Assembly (NCBI GenBank): GCA_000934665.2
Contig: JYFJ02001778.1
Coordinates: forward strand, 1 to 64,000
DNA: 64,000 bases
Reading direction: 5' to 3'
Source of the DNA: Catajapyx aquilonaris
Taxonomy: Eukaryota
The notes below the pieces were generated by a model. It made no database searches, was not told the origin of the DNA, and saw only the letters and a program-made list of their open reading frames with translations. The translations under genes were made by a program, and so were the position numbers. Of the stretch, positions 52,407-64,000 are shown one piece after another. Each line of letters opens with the position of its first letter. The stretch's first letter is position 1.

Positions 52407-55400
52407 GCATGTGAAGGACCGCCCCACATCACAAACACAGATGTTTGTAACCCACCTGCAACCATCATAATCACCTACTTTTTACACAAAATAGTGGTTG
52501 ATATTTCCAACATATTAATGGGACCGATCGATTTTGGGGCTGCACGACTGCGGGCTATTAGGGCGTAGCCTGTGAAACTGTGAGAGACGTAGAAAAAAAA
52601 ACACGCCGACCGTCACGATGAGGAAAGATGGAGGGTTCCAATCCCCACGTCACTGGGCCGAGATAAAAGACCAAGATGGAGGTTTATTGCGTGTCTCCCC
52701 TGTTTGGAGGGGGGGGGGGGTATAGGAAGAACATAAAAAATTGGGAGGGAGACCTAGCAAGCAAATGTCGATAATCGGAATCAGTTTGGGAAGATGAGGG
52801 GCACGTCAAAAATTCCATGGTGATGAATTAGTTACCCTGGTTCCGATTGTACACAGAAAAATGTTGGAAGTAGAAACTTGACGGGACATTAGTTTCCAGC
52901 CTTCTTGTATTTTTGTTGAAAGTTAATGCCTCGTGGTTCTGTCTGTCCTATAACCACATTCTGTCATCATTTTTGTGAGTCTAATAACTGTGTTTTGCCA
53001 TCGCATTGACAAGTAAGAATTATTGATCAGGCCTTTCCCCCCCCCAAAAATATAGGAGAGAAAACGCTTGTGACATCCGCAATCGATGCCCAATCTTGGC
53101 CTTTTGATAACGACCGTTTTTTTCCCAAAAATATTGCGCGAAAAAGCGTTAAAATAATCGATACTCGATGCGGCCTCGTGAGAAATAACAACACAAAAAA
53201 ATGAGAGAAGTGGCGTTCGTCCATCGGAAACAGGCATGCAACGTGCTTACCAAGGTCGCATGCGATTATCACCCAAAATTGATGGCCACTATGCCACGGA
53301 AATAACAGTTTTCTGGAGCCCCAAATTCACGGTGAGATTTACTTTACCACCTAATAAATCTGCATCTTTTGGGGCAGGAAACCAAACATTAGTCATCAGA
53401 AACACAGATATCAAAGGTTAGGATCAAACATGCATGTTACGCTGGCCTCAAAAATAATTAGGCCACATTTTTTTTTGTCATGGACAGTAAACAAGTTTGA
53501 GTAAAAATGAAGAAAAAAGCCGCTGTCTAATGGAAGGTTGCAACAGCCCAAGATGTGCCGCGGGGGAAATAAATCACTTGATGAAACTCCCCCCGATTCC
53601 TCCAGGAGAGAGCAAGAGCATAAATCATCCCTTCATCGCGATGTTTCCTTCATCGATCCCCTGTTTCTCCCCGACAATCCTTTTGCAGCAAGCAAAAAGG
53701 GGGTGGGAAGGTGGTGGAAAGTGGGAGCAGTATCAACCTCCCCAAAAGTATAAGACTGCTGGAATCACATTTTAAAAAAAAACATTCTCTTTTAACCTTC
53801 AGACTCTCATGCTCCTTCGAGTAAACACACTGATTTATTCCTATAAGTGAGGAGTCTATCCACAATCTGCCAATATTTGGTTTCACTCCTGTTTCAATGA
53901 GAAATGGCAACACCGCAAAGTGCACTTTTTTTTAAACAACATACAGAGCACTTTAGTAACTATACCTGTCACTGCTCGTGAAATAATATTTTTACACCAG
54001 GCCATTGTGTGACTGGACAGTCGAGCAGCCTTGTTTACCTTTTTTCCGGCTAAAAGTGGCCAAAATCAATGGCGATCTAATTTCGCGGTTGCCATGACGA
54101 TATTCTTGAAAGCCTGTGTCGAGCAGCATTTAAACCGCATTCAATGGATAACACTGCTGGTGCAAGGCTTGCAAAAATAACTCGCAATAATTAAGACATA
54201 AATAGAGTTATATACTCTCACAGCCAGTAAATGAGAAGGTCATTTTCTGTACTGATCTGTCCTGGTTCTGTCGACCTCCTCACATCCTTTCAACTGGTAA
54301 CAGTTCAAAGTAAACGCCAATCTTGGCTTTAAAATCCGTGTCAAGATAATTATCTCCTGATGATCTTTGAAAACGGGCCGTTGGGACTACTTGAGCCGCT
54401 TTATGCACCATTCAATTCAGGCATCAGCTCAAGTCAAGTCGGGTTTAGAAATCGTTCGCAAATTCCTTTCGTGCTCGAAGCTCTTTATACGATCGGCAAC
54501 AAAATGCATTACAAGCCAATTTTTTTAAAACTTAAATATGACAACAAATGTCAGAACATTTTTGGAGAGACCCAAACACATTTGAACCCAACCTTCTGAA
54601 ACCTCTTCCTTACTTTTACACCTGACAGAGCGTATAACTGGGAAGGATCTGCAGTTTCCTAACCGCAAATGTGCGTAATTCGAGTAGAAACGCACGAAAT
54701 TCTCCCAGGTATTTAAGTTTCCTTCCCCGGGTTTTGTGGGGGTGGTTGGTTGGTCCTGCTATCCCGGTAGACCCCGGCCATTGAGCAGCAAATTGGCTGT
54801 GTGCGCCGCGGGTCCAAGCCACCGAAATTTGGTTACTGCACGCTGACGAGCTTTATGGAAATCATGGAGAGTTGGGTTGGGGGAAAGGGTGAGGGGGATG
54901 GGGGTTCAAGTGGGATTCACTCTCTCCTCTTCTCTTATGTTCTACTGTTACCCCCAGCCGTCTTCCACTTTGATCTAACCCAAGTCAGCAGAGGACATAA
55001 ATGAGGAATGGGTGTGGGAGTTGATCATCTAGGCTGGACCTAAAAGGACTTGAATTATTACCCGGGGGCTACTCAGAGTAGCTGTTAGAATAGTACGGCT
55101 CATGCATATCTGAACATTGGCCAGCAGAGGTCGAGCCTACGTATGTGTACGCACAATGAGCAATATTTGCAATATTATTACGGCTCATTTGGTCCGATTA
55201 TGCCATTGCGGATTGTCACTGTAAACCGTGCGCAATGTTGCTGGCAAATGCGTGATGGACAATGAAACTTTTGACTGTCAGCTTTTCTGCCTCGGTTGGC
55301 ATCAGTACAGGGTTTGCATAAAACCTTGTGTTGACAAAATGACGGAAATTGGGGTGAAAGTTTTCAGCAAAGTTCAGTCGCAGGTCTTCCATTGTAATTA

Positions 55401-57929
55401 CACACCGACATAAATTACTAACCGCGCACTGCAATCAAAATTTGCGTTCAAAACAAAGCTGCAGAACAAAGCAACGATGCTCAAACACCTCGAGCGCTCT
55501 GGAAAAAAAAATCCGGTGCGACATGTAACAAAATCCAGCTTTTTTCGAGTATATTTAAATAAAAAGGCGAGCCTTGAGGTCCCAACGAAAAAACTGGCCA
55601 GAAAAATACCCGAGGCTCGAGGTGCAGAAGAGGGATTTGAATTGCTCCTATAGTGCAAAAAGGAAAAAGCCAATGGTAACTTTGAGCCCAGGGCTGGACA
55701 TGGGAAGGAAAAGAGGGGGGGTCTACTGAAGGAGGGTTGGTCTTTTTCAGCCCTGGAGATGAAAGCGGAATCCTAATTTACGGGTGGGTAGGGGGGGGGG
55801 CAAGGGAAAGGAGAGGAAGGGGCCTTTCCGGCAGCGTCAGCACCACTGAAGGAAAGCGTACAACTTTAGTGCCAACGGGCTAAAGAGAGATAGACCTACA
55901 TCATCCTCAAAAAGTCCAAGAATGGGGAAAAACAAGAGGAATGATGCTTTAATTCCAGCCTGTCACACCAAGATTGCGCCGTAATGTGTCCCACAAAAAT
56001 AAAAAAGGGCTAGGAAAGAAGAGAAAGCTAAGCAGCAGCGGGAAAAAGCTAAAAAGTTTAAGCATTTCCATTTTTATCCATTCTGGAGGATCCGTGACAG
56101 CTCACTCGGAAAAGCGGGGAGTCGTCAGCAATCTGGCAAATTGAGGATGTATTTCAAGGAGCTGAGCATTTTTCATCTTACCCCCTCCCCCCATCCCACC
56201 GTATATACCACGACAAAATAGTTTTACGACATTTATCCTCCCCATGCTCAAAAACAAGCCAAACAGCTCTGCATGACGTGACCCATTTGCCTTGTGGTAG
56301 GACAGATTCCATTTATTGCGAGCAGAGCAAAGAAGGCACAATATATTTACATGCAACTCAGATTCAAATTGAAACTTTGAATCATAGCATGATCATAGCT
56401 GGATTTTCTAACATAATTACAACTAATGTTTTTTTTGTAAGAATGATAAACTACACGAGTGGTCCAAGAAACTTTGGGGCTATATCATTGGGCGTATGGC
56501 CAGAAACCGCATGTACTAGCACATAATAAAATAGATTACTGCGCAGATCCATAGATCTCAATAACTGATCGGGTCCAAGTTTGGTGTGAACTCTGCGCCA
56601 AGTTGAAGGCGATGAATCTCCCCAAAACGCATTGCCCTTTCAATCCTGTCTCATTTTGCTCTAGGCCCAGTTTTCCCCTCCCCTTTCTCTCCCCCCACTC
56701 TTACCAAAAAAAAGAGGGGAGCTTGGAAATACATTCCCAATAACTTTCAATAAATTGTCTCCTTACCTTGTTGACTTGGGTTGTTACCAGACTTTCTCAG
56801 GGCCCTTCGTGAAGCTTTTCCTGCTGCTGCATCTGAGGAGATAAAATAGTGGGGGGGAGAAGAGTATAGGTCACAAATTGCCGAAAATATACAGGATTCC
56901 GAAATTTAAACAAGATGAGTGCAAACAAGGGGCTGTATTTACAGGCGCCGAAAATTCAGAGCCAAAAGTCAAGATCATGCTCTGGCATGCAGCTTCATTA
57001 ACAGGCCCTATCTTCGCACAAAAGCCTTTTCCGACGATGGGCAAATTTAACAAGAGTTGATTCAGCGTATCGCCATCGCAAAAAGAGCCCCCTGCTTAAA
57101 TATGGGAATCTTTTTGCAAGGGGTGCCGGATCTCCCATTAAGTAGCTTTAATCTCCGGAATAATTTCATTGCTCCCCCATAAAACAAAGGCCCGTAATAA
57201 GAGCTCCCCCTCTCTTGAGAGATCTTACACCAGCACACGACATGATCGTTAACCTTTTATTCAATAACTTGCCAAGTGCATATTCATGTCTCGTATCTAT
57301 CACGAGCTGCATTGTTTCGTGTTCTGATATATCCTAAGCATTAAGGGAAATTACATCGCGAGTCTAGATAACAGAGAATGAAATGAAGCTTGTTAAACAT
57401 ATTACTGGGTGTGGGTTTTGCGGAATTGCCTTTTATTTAGGATTATTCAAACAGGAAGTAAAAAAAACTGCGTCGAATATTTTCCCCAGTGTCTGCCATT
57501 CTTCAAACAGAGCTTGAAAGTCCCCGAGGCCCAAATGGGACAGCTATCTCTGCTCGGTTTCATTATTTGAAACGAATCGGTGTCGCTCCTCGCCTGGGCC
57601 CAAAGTACATAGAATCCAACCTCTGCTAATAAAGGGTCCCCTATATGCATGAACGAGATTACACGTCATGTCTCTCGCAGCATCCCTCAGATTGCTTAAA
57701 GGAAGGATCGTAAATGAGGGTAAAGCGAATGGCAGCCACTCATCCCGATAACCGAAGGGGGAGGAAGTAAACTTGCTTTTAGTAGTGAGCAGATATTGCG
57801 AAAGTCATCTACTGCAGCAAGAGCCATCATTTCGCATCAAAGTGTGGAGTTTTTTGCAAGGTGAAAAGATGGGTGCTATGGATCCTTCATTAAGCTTCTG
57901 ACATCGTGACATGTTTTGATTCGCATACT

Positions 57930-58014
57930 TAGGGCTGTGCGATAGCAATAGGTGATTCGCAAATCCGACACAAAAATGTTTCTTATCACTAATATTGCAA
58001 ATATCGCACACCTA
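57930..58014. mobile_element. Short hAT-like MITE remnant
   Basis: Left end TAGGGCTGTGCGATA; right end TATCGCACACCTA is its inverse with a 2-nt deletion. TAGGG termini are typical of hAT elements. An 8-bp target-site duplication is not cleanly preserved. Confidence 0.45.
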
Positions 58015-61000
58015 ACGGCATAGTGGAACCCACTGAAAACTGTAAAAAAAATGGATCAGTTCGACATATCGAAGCACAGCTCTTCTTAGGACCACATATC
58101 TGGGAGCTCAGACATCTTGTCAATTTTGGGGGAGAAGAAGGGGAGGAGGTGCCATTGTGCGAATTAAAGACGGTTGTTTCCTAACGAAAATCAACGGCGG
58201 GAGTCCGCTTTCACTTCATAAAGCTTTCACGGCTGAAATAAATTACTCCATCTAAGGCAAGCCAGGCGTATGCCAACTCTTGCCAACTCCATTATGGGTA
58301 GAACGTGGTGCCAATACTTCATCGGATGGAAGAGAAGCCCAGCTGCGTTGCTGCACTCCCCACAAGTAGACTGAAAAAATGGGAGGGAAAAGAAGAAGAA
58401 TAATAAAAAAATAGGGGAGGAAAAAAGAAAAAGAGAACCGGAGAAGATGCCCGGATTTTCTGTGCCGCCTTGATTCACATCTCCTTTGTAACCGAATTCC
58501 TTGCAGACCAGTAAGCAACTTGTAGCCGCTTCCAATTTCATCTCTAGTTTATTCCACGCTCGAAGCATGTGGATGTCATGCTGAGCCTTATTCGTCCCCG
58601 GAAACGTATCCGGAAATTTATTTCTTCCATGCCAGCGACATACTGTGTGTCACAAATAAAAACCAGTGCATGTCATGCGTCTCATCTCCAGTGGAATATC
58701 ACAAATCATATCAGTGGTACTGTACAACTTCTTAGACAACGATTCTGATTTGTCTATATAGTCAACAACAAGCGATTATTTTGTACCCATAGTGTGAAAT
58801 AAACGCCATATTTGGGGCAGTGATGATGTACAGCGTTGTCAGATTTAGTGTGAGGCTCAGGTGACCTTTTTTCGCAGCCAGATGCGTCTCCTCTCACGGG
58901 TGAGATGCTTTCAAACAACGTTGCAAAGTGTGGAAGAATAACCATTGTGAGCCGAGGAGGACTGGTGCTTGCCAGTGATTGGGCGCGGTCTCACACTCGT
59001 TCAATTCGACGGCCTGAAAAAAAGACTGATTCGTCCCCCAAAAAAGTACTTGGGTTTTTTTTAAAGCCTGTGGGTCACAACTGCTTCATCTCTTTTTTTG
59101 ATGGTTCAGAAGAGCGCCAGGTGTTGAACGAGGTCACCATTCTTTGGCTCTCCCCATATAATAGCCTTGTCATGTAAAGCAGGGGCGCTTGCTATATACC
59201 CACTAGTGAACATCCAACATCATTCACTTTGTAATTAAGAGCACGGAACAAAAGGGTTAATACAGCAAGGAAAGTTGCTTACATTATCGACAGCGAGATG
59301 AAATTAGGCATACATTATCTAGGAACCAGGCCGAACTTGTTGGGCCAACAGTTCCTGCTCGTCGATGCTGCTTTGCCATGGTGCAAGTTTTTGGATTGTC
59401 TCGGGCCTCGTCCTTGGAGGTTTAACGAGGGGCTTCGGGAGCTGTGCCCTCCGAATGTTTGCTTTCCTTCAATGTTTGATGTCGAACATTTTTTGTTATT
59501 CTGTTTGTGCACATACAACGGGGGCGTGCAGTAATATTCCAAAACGTTCACCGTGCCATATTCATAAATAATGCGTGTAAAGCGTGCATTATGTATTTCC
59601 GTGCTCTATAAACAACATTATTTATTTCAGGTGTAAAAATAATATGCTGCTGGTGAATGCCTAACATGTCATACATGGCAGAAGTAGTGTAACGCAGAGG
59701 GCATGTGACTGTCCTAGAAACAAGGTCATACATGTAAAATTAGGAATTTCTAAAAATATGTCGAAAATTAGAACAGCTCATTTTCTGTTGCAAAAATTGC
59801 AACTGCTGTACTGTCAAACTTCTGAACATGTACGGTCAAGAAATGGTACAAAATTATATTCTATCAGCTTCTATCAGCTTAAAATGCAAAATTGCAAGTT
59901 CCTTCTTTCGTATCGAGTTACTACAACGGTACATGTTTCAACTAATCGCAACAGACAATTTTTAAAGCCGTATCAGCCGTTTGAATCCGCAGAATATAGT
60001 CCTGCTGCCGCGAACTATTTGCAGTCAGACTGACAGTGAGTTAAATATGGAAGCACTGGGAAGGGCTATCGCGTGAGAAATAAAACCCGTGCTCTGTTGG
60101 CCAGAACCACACGTGACATTCAAAAACTGAGAGTAAAAAAATTCAACTGCGTATGTAGTGAAATTCTGAAATCACAAGCTACCTATAAATCATGCAATTC
60201 TCATTTCGTACAATCTGACTCATAAATCAGTTCATCAAGTTCATTTTATCCATATTAACAAGTGTGTCTTTTATTAACAGTTGTTATTGGAACGTATGAA
60301 ACTAATAAGAGAATTTATTTGGCAAAAACTCGTTAAAACAAATTTCAAACATTCGTTTCCAAGTGCCCGTTTCGTTTGTTCTGCGACATGTTGCGATACT
60401 TTTTGATAGATCGAGTAATGATTGCCAACTACTAGAGTCGACCCAACTATAGAGCCTGGCCAGTCTTGGATGCACCATGGGAAAATGGGGCTCCCAATAA
60501 TGGCATTCAAGTCCGAAGAAAGAAAAAAAAATGCTAGAAGAAAAGGAGAACCTCGCGAGTAGAAGTTTTCTTCTGCAAATATCTCCAAATGGAAAAGCCT
60601 GCAGTAAATGCTGGAAAGTGGGAAGTAATAAGTCTTCGGAAACGGCGCCTTAGAAGCTTCTCCCGCAAAATGTTGCCGCAAACAAAGCCTTGGAAGTTTC
60701 CGTTCCAAACATCGCCTTTCGGAAGGAACGTCTGCTTCCCTTCCAAATAGGATAATTTTGTCACAAATGTTTGCCGAGGCGCGATGCTTTCTTCGTTCGC
60801 TAATTCCCTTCTAATGGGCAAGTCTTAATAAGAAGTGCAAGGTGATTCCACAGTTGCACTCGGGGCTCGCAGGACATTCTGTTTTTTTCTCGCTCCAGAG
60901 TTTGCGTTATGGAAACTTCTAGCCATTATGATTGTGACAACCATAATTGAGCAAAATATGGCCGAATTTTCCAGATGACAATAGTTCGGTTATCTCAACA

Positions 61001-63548
61001 CGCGAGGACCACCTCCTGCGAATGAAATGCTGAGTAAAAGCATCGCATCCGGAGACCTCCGCCCTTCTTCTTTTGGCCTCCGATGGCACATACCGAACGC
61101 AACTGGCTTTTGAACCTTAGGCTTTTCTTGCTGCAATTCCAAGAGAAGAGTGGGGCGCCTCGCAGGGGCTTTTCCAGATTAAAGGCCACTCATGCGGCAA
61201 GGACCTAAACCGCTACATTCTGCATCGCGGTTGCAGCCCCCCCAGCCCACGGGCCAAGTTTGCCTTCCGAGCTCACCCCACTTGAATTTCTGCCGACACT
61301 AATTGCATTTCGCCAGTCGTCTTTTACTTCTATAAATTGAGTATTCGTCATGGTGGGGAGGGAGAAAAGAAGAGGAAAGAAAATAAATAAATAAATCGAC
61401 TTAAGCCCTTTGCAATTTAGCTGCGTTTTGCCGCCGGGATCCTGTGTCACGCTGAAACGGTAGCCATTTTGCGGAAGATCTCTGATCTTGTTAAAGCGGC
61501 TGATAAACTCGGGTAAATTGGCAGAATCGAGTGAGTTGAGTGAAAGGAAGCTCTATCCTCCTTTTATATTAAGCTTGGTTCACACTCACGCCAATCAGTT
61601 CCGGCCGTACAATAGCTGACACCGATAAAAAATATCTTGAGGAACTGTCATAGACAAATTTATGATGAAAATATTACAGAACGCTGATGCAATTACAATT
61701 ACGGTACATCCCGCGTGAACCAACTCTAAGCTTCGGATCCATTCTAAAAAGATACACGGCCCCATGTTTTATTACATTCCCTTCACAACTGCTCGTTACA
61801 TCGCAGTAGCTGCCTCAGGCTCGAGTAAATGTGTGGTAATTAAAACGGCCAGCCAGGGTTTCGGCAACGTACGAACTGCAAGTTGCAAGACAAACGAGAG
61901 AGAAGCCCGAATTCATGAATAAGTGGGATTAATTACAAAAAAAACCCACTTCACTCTCTCGTGTCACTCCAGTGTAGCGCAGTCACGTTTGCCTCTAATT
62001 AATAACAATAATAATACTCTCTGATATTGCGCCTGCCGCTTCACTTACTTCACTCCGACTACCAGGGAATAAAGGAACGTTGGCAGGCCAATATTAATTA
62101 TCCACAGCCGCTTGCACATTTCTCTCTCTCGTTTCCTTGTGTTTAAATAGGCGGGGTTTTCATTCCACAGAGTGTGACAGTGACAGTATACACCTTATTG
62201 AATATTGATGTAGTCGGTCACCTGGTTAATTCATCAGCAACAAAGTTGTCTTCGTTCGATGTTCACCTTTCCAATGCGGCTATCGCTTAAGGGTATACTA
62301 TTCAAGTGGATGTCAATGGTTGTTATTGCCCACGCCATGCCCTGTTTATCGCCATTCGCAATGGATGCCTAGATGTTATGTGCCGCGTATAGGTCATTAT
62401 CGAGTTCATGGATATCTCTGGGTGGAGTACTGAAGTTGGGTGCGGTCATACTATCGTTTTACTATATCGGAAACTTGATGATATTTTATTTCTTTGATTG
62501 CATATTTACCCGGGGCGAGGACATATTTTCCACCCTTGACTTTTTCAGATGTTTCTGCTAAAAAATTGATAAAAATCCGGTAAAAATTGTGGACGAATAA
62601 TACTCGTCCTCCAGAGAGAGATTTTCGTTTCCTTGCAAAGTTGCTGAAATTCAACTTTAAAATAATTTCACTCGCAGTTGAACTCCAATATTATTTTAAA
62701 GAGTACGTAGCACAGAAAAGACAGGTACCGGTACTGAAGAAACATACTGGATCACGCTTTTCACAAATTAATACAACAACAACAATTTTAAATGCTGGTC
62801 ATATTCGTACATAACTACTTGTTATAACGTCTCACATGTGGATACTACTACAAGCTTTTCAAAAAATCAGCCGTCATGTAACAACGGATCGCTCGAAAAA
62901 ACCCGTCTAAACCACTAATAATAAATTTCCACGTGACTTACGCAGTAATGAAGGGACCCGGAAATGATGATGTCGCGCCCTAAAAAAATAAATTTCAAAG
63001 CTTTAATCCCACCCCAAAATGTGGCATCACCGTAACTCTGACTACATTATTGCCAGAATCACTGAATGCCACACATATAACGAGGCGTCTGTATGTAGGG
63101 CAGTGTTGCGTGGCATTTTAATCACTTGGAATACTTTGACACCAGGCAGTTTGAATTACTGCAATGAAACAACTCCTCTCCAAGGACCATAATTTTGCAA
63201 TGGAATTTTGTACCCCAGCACGATGCACTCTGCCTACTCTTTTTTTGAGCATCATTTTAAATTCCCATTGCGGACTTTTTTTTACCCCGGTATATATTCA
63301 GGGATAGGTACACTCCCAGACTGATCAAGTTAGCAGAAGCGGCCCTATTATTTTCGACGCAATTTACTTGTAAATGTGGCCGGATCGAGCAGACAAACTT
63401 TGCTCACTGGCTTTGCCTCTTTCCCTTCCAGACATGGTCTGAACTTATTCGGAGCAGAAGCGCGGGAGGCTGGGTTTTCTCCTCCTCCATTTCCCTTTGA
63501 ATTATGCAAAAGTGTGTTTATGTTTGCGTTTCCTTGTCTCGTTGGCAG

Positions 63549-63745
63549 GACTGACAAAGGTGTCGGCGTCGAGCAGCAGCGGAGGTGGTGGAGAAGAGGA
63601 GGACTCCTACTGGAAAACACCTCCGCCGCCACTGCTGCCTCCAGTGGGGCCTCATTTCGATGTGGCCGGATCCGGGAATGTCACAGCCCTCGTGGGAAAA
63701 ACCGCATACCTCAATTGCCGGGTCAAGAACCTCAGCAACAAGACG
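63549..63745 (+). CDS. dpr9-like: Internal coding exon of a Dpr-family (defective proboscis extension response / zig-8-like) Ig-domain cell adhesion protein; low-complexity linker plus the start of Ig domain 1
   Basis: Translation is (G)LTKVSASSSSGGGGEEEDSYWKTPPPPLLPPVGPHFDVAGSGNVTALVGKTAYLNCRVKNLSNKT. The motif P.FD....NVTAL.GKTAYLNCRVKNL.NKT matches the Dpr Ig1 start as I recall it for Drosophila Dpr9. The acceptor is a pyrimidine tract ending in CAG (63546-63548, phase 1). The donor is ACG|GTAAGT (63746-63751, phase 0), just before the expected VSWVRH segment. The paralog assignment is from memory, not from a search. Confidence 0.92.
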
Positions 63746-64000
63746 GTAAGTGCAAAAAAAAAATACTGTTAACTCAATTCCGCACTGTATGGCTTGTACA
63801 GTTTGCGTCAAAGGAAAATTATTATCATGCGAATAATGAGTCGCTGTTTATTAATTTATTTTCTAAATTTATGATGTGTCAGCGAGTGCTCATCCGAATG
63901 AAGCGGATGCAGTTCTTCCGTCACTGAGAGTGCACTTTGTTACACTGTGGTTTCAGTCGTCTCTGGAGATTCGTCACTGTATCCAGCCTCAATGAAGTAG
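63746..64000 (+). other. Intron downstream of the Dpr exon (5' part only)
   Basis: Starts with the consensus donor GTAAGT. The reading frame loses Ig similarity at once and stops at 63772. Confidence 0.85.

Noticed and set aside
809..62814. Numerous 60-170 aa ORFs in all six frames
   Set aside because: They show no recognisable domains, often use non-ATG starts, and carry translated microsatellites or homopolymers, as expected for chance ORFs in non-coding eukaryotic DNA.
63376..63927. 183-aa ORF, the longest in the track
   Set aside because: It is an alternative frame overlapping the real Dpr exon and has no recognisable protein features.

Overview
This is eukaryotic, almost certainly arthropod, genomic DNA and it is nearly all non-coding. 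The only coding sequence I can support is one internal exon on the + strand (63549-63745). It encodes the start of the first Ig domain of a Dpr-family cell-surface protein and is most like Drosophila Dpr9. The exon has canonical splice sites but no start codon or signal peptide, so the preceding 63.5 kb is probably a very large intron or upstream regulatory region of this gene. That region holds short non-autonomous transposon relics: several MITE-like inverted-repeat elements, DINE-1/HINE-like Helentron derivatives, and one ~150 bp repeat present in two inverted copies 40 kb apart that carries a CTCF-like motif. It also has (GA)n microsatellites, a GAATC minisatellite and G-quadruplex motifs. 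The most unusual structure is a pair of overlapping, spacer-less perfect palindromes (74 bp and 58 bp) at 19389-19517 that reads as a micro inverted triplication. I found no prokaryotic genes, rRNA, tRNA, CRISPR array or intact transposase, and no evidence of a novel multi-gene system. The other ORFs in the track look like chance ORFs.
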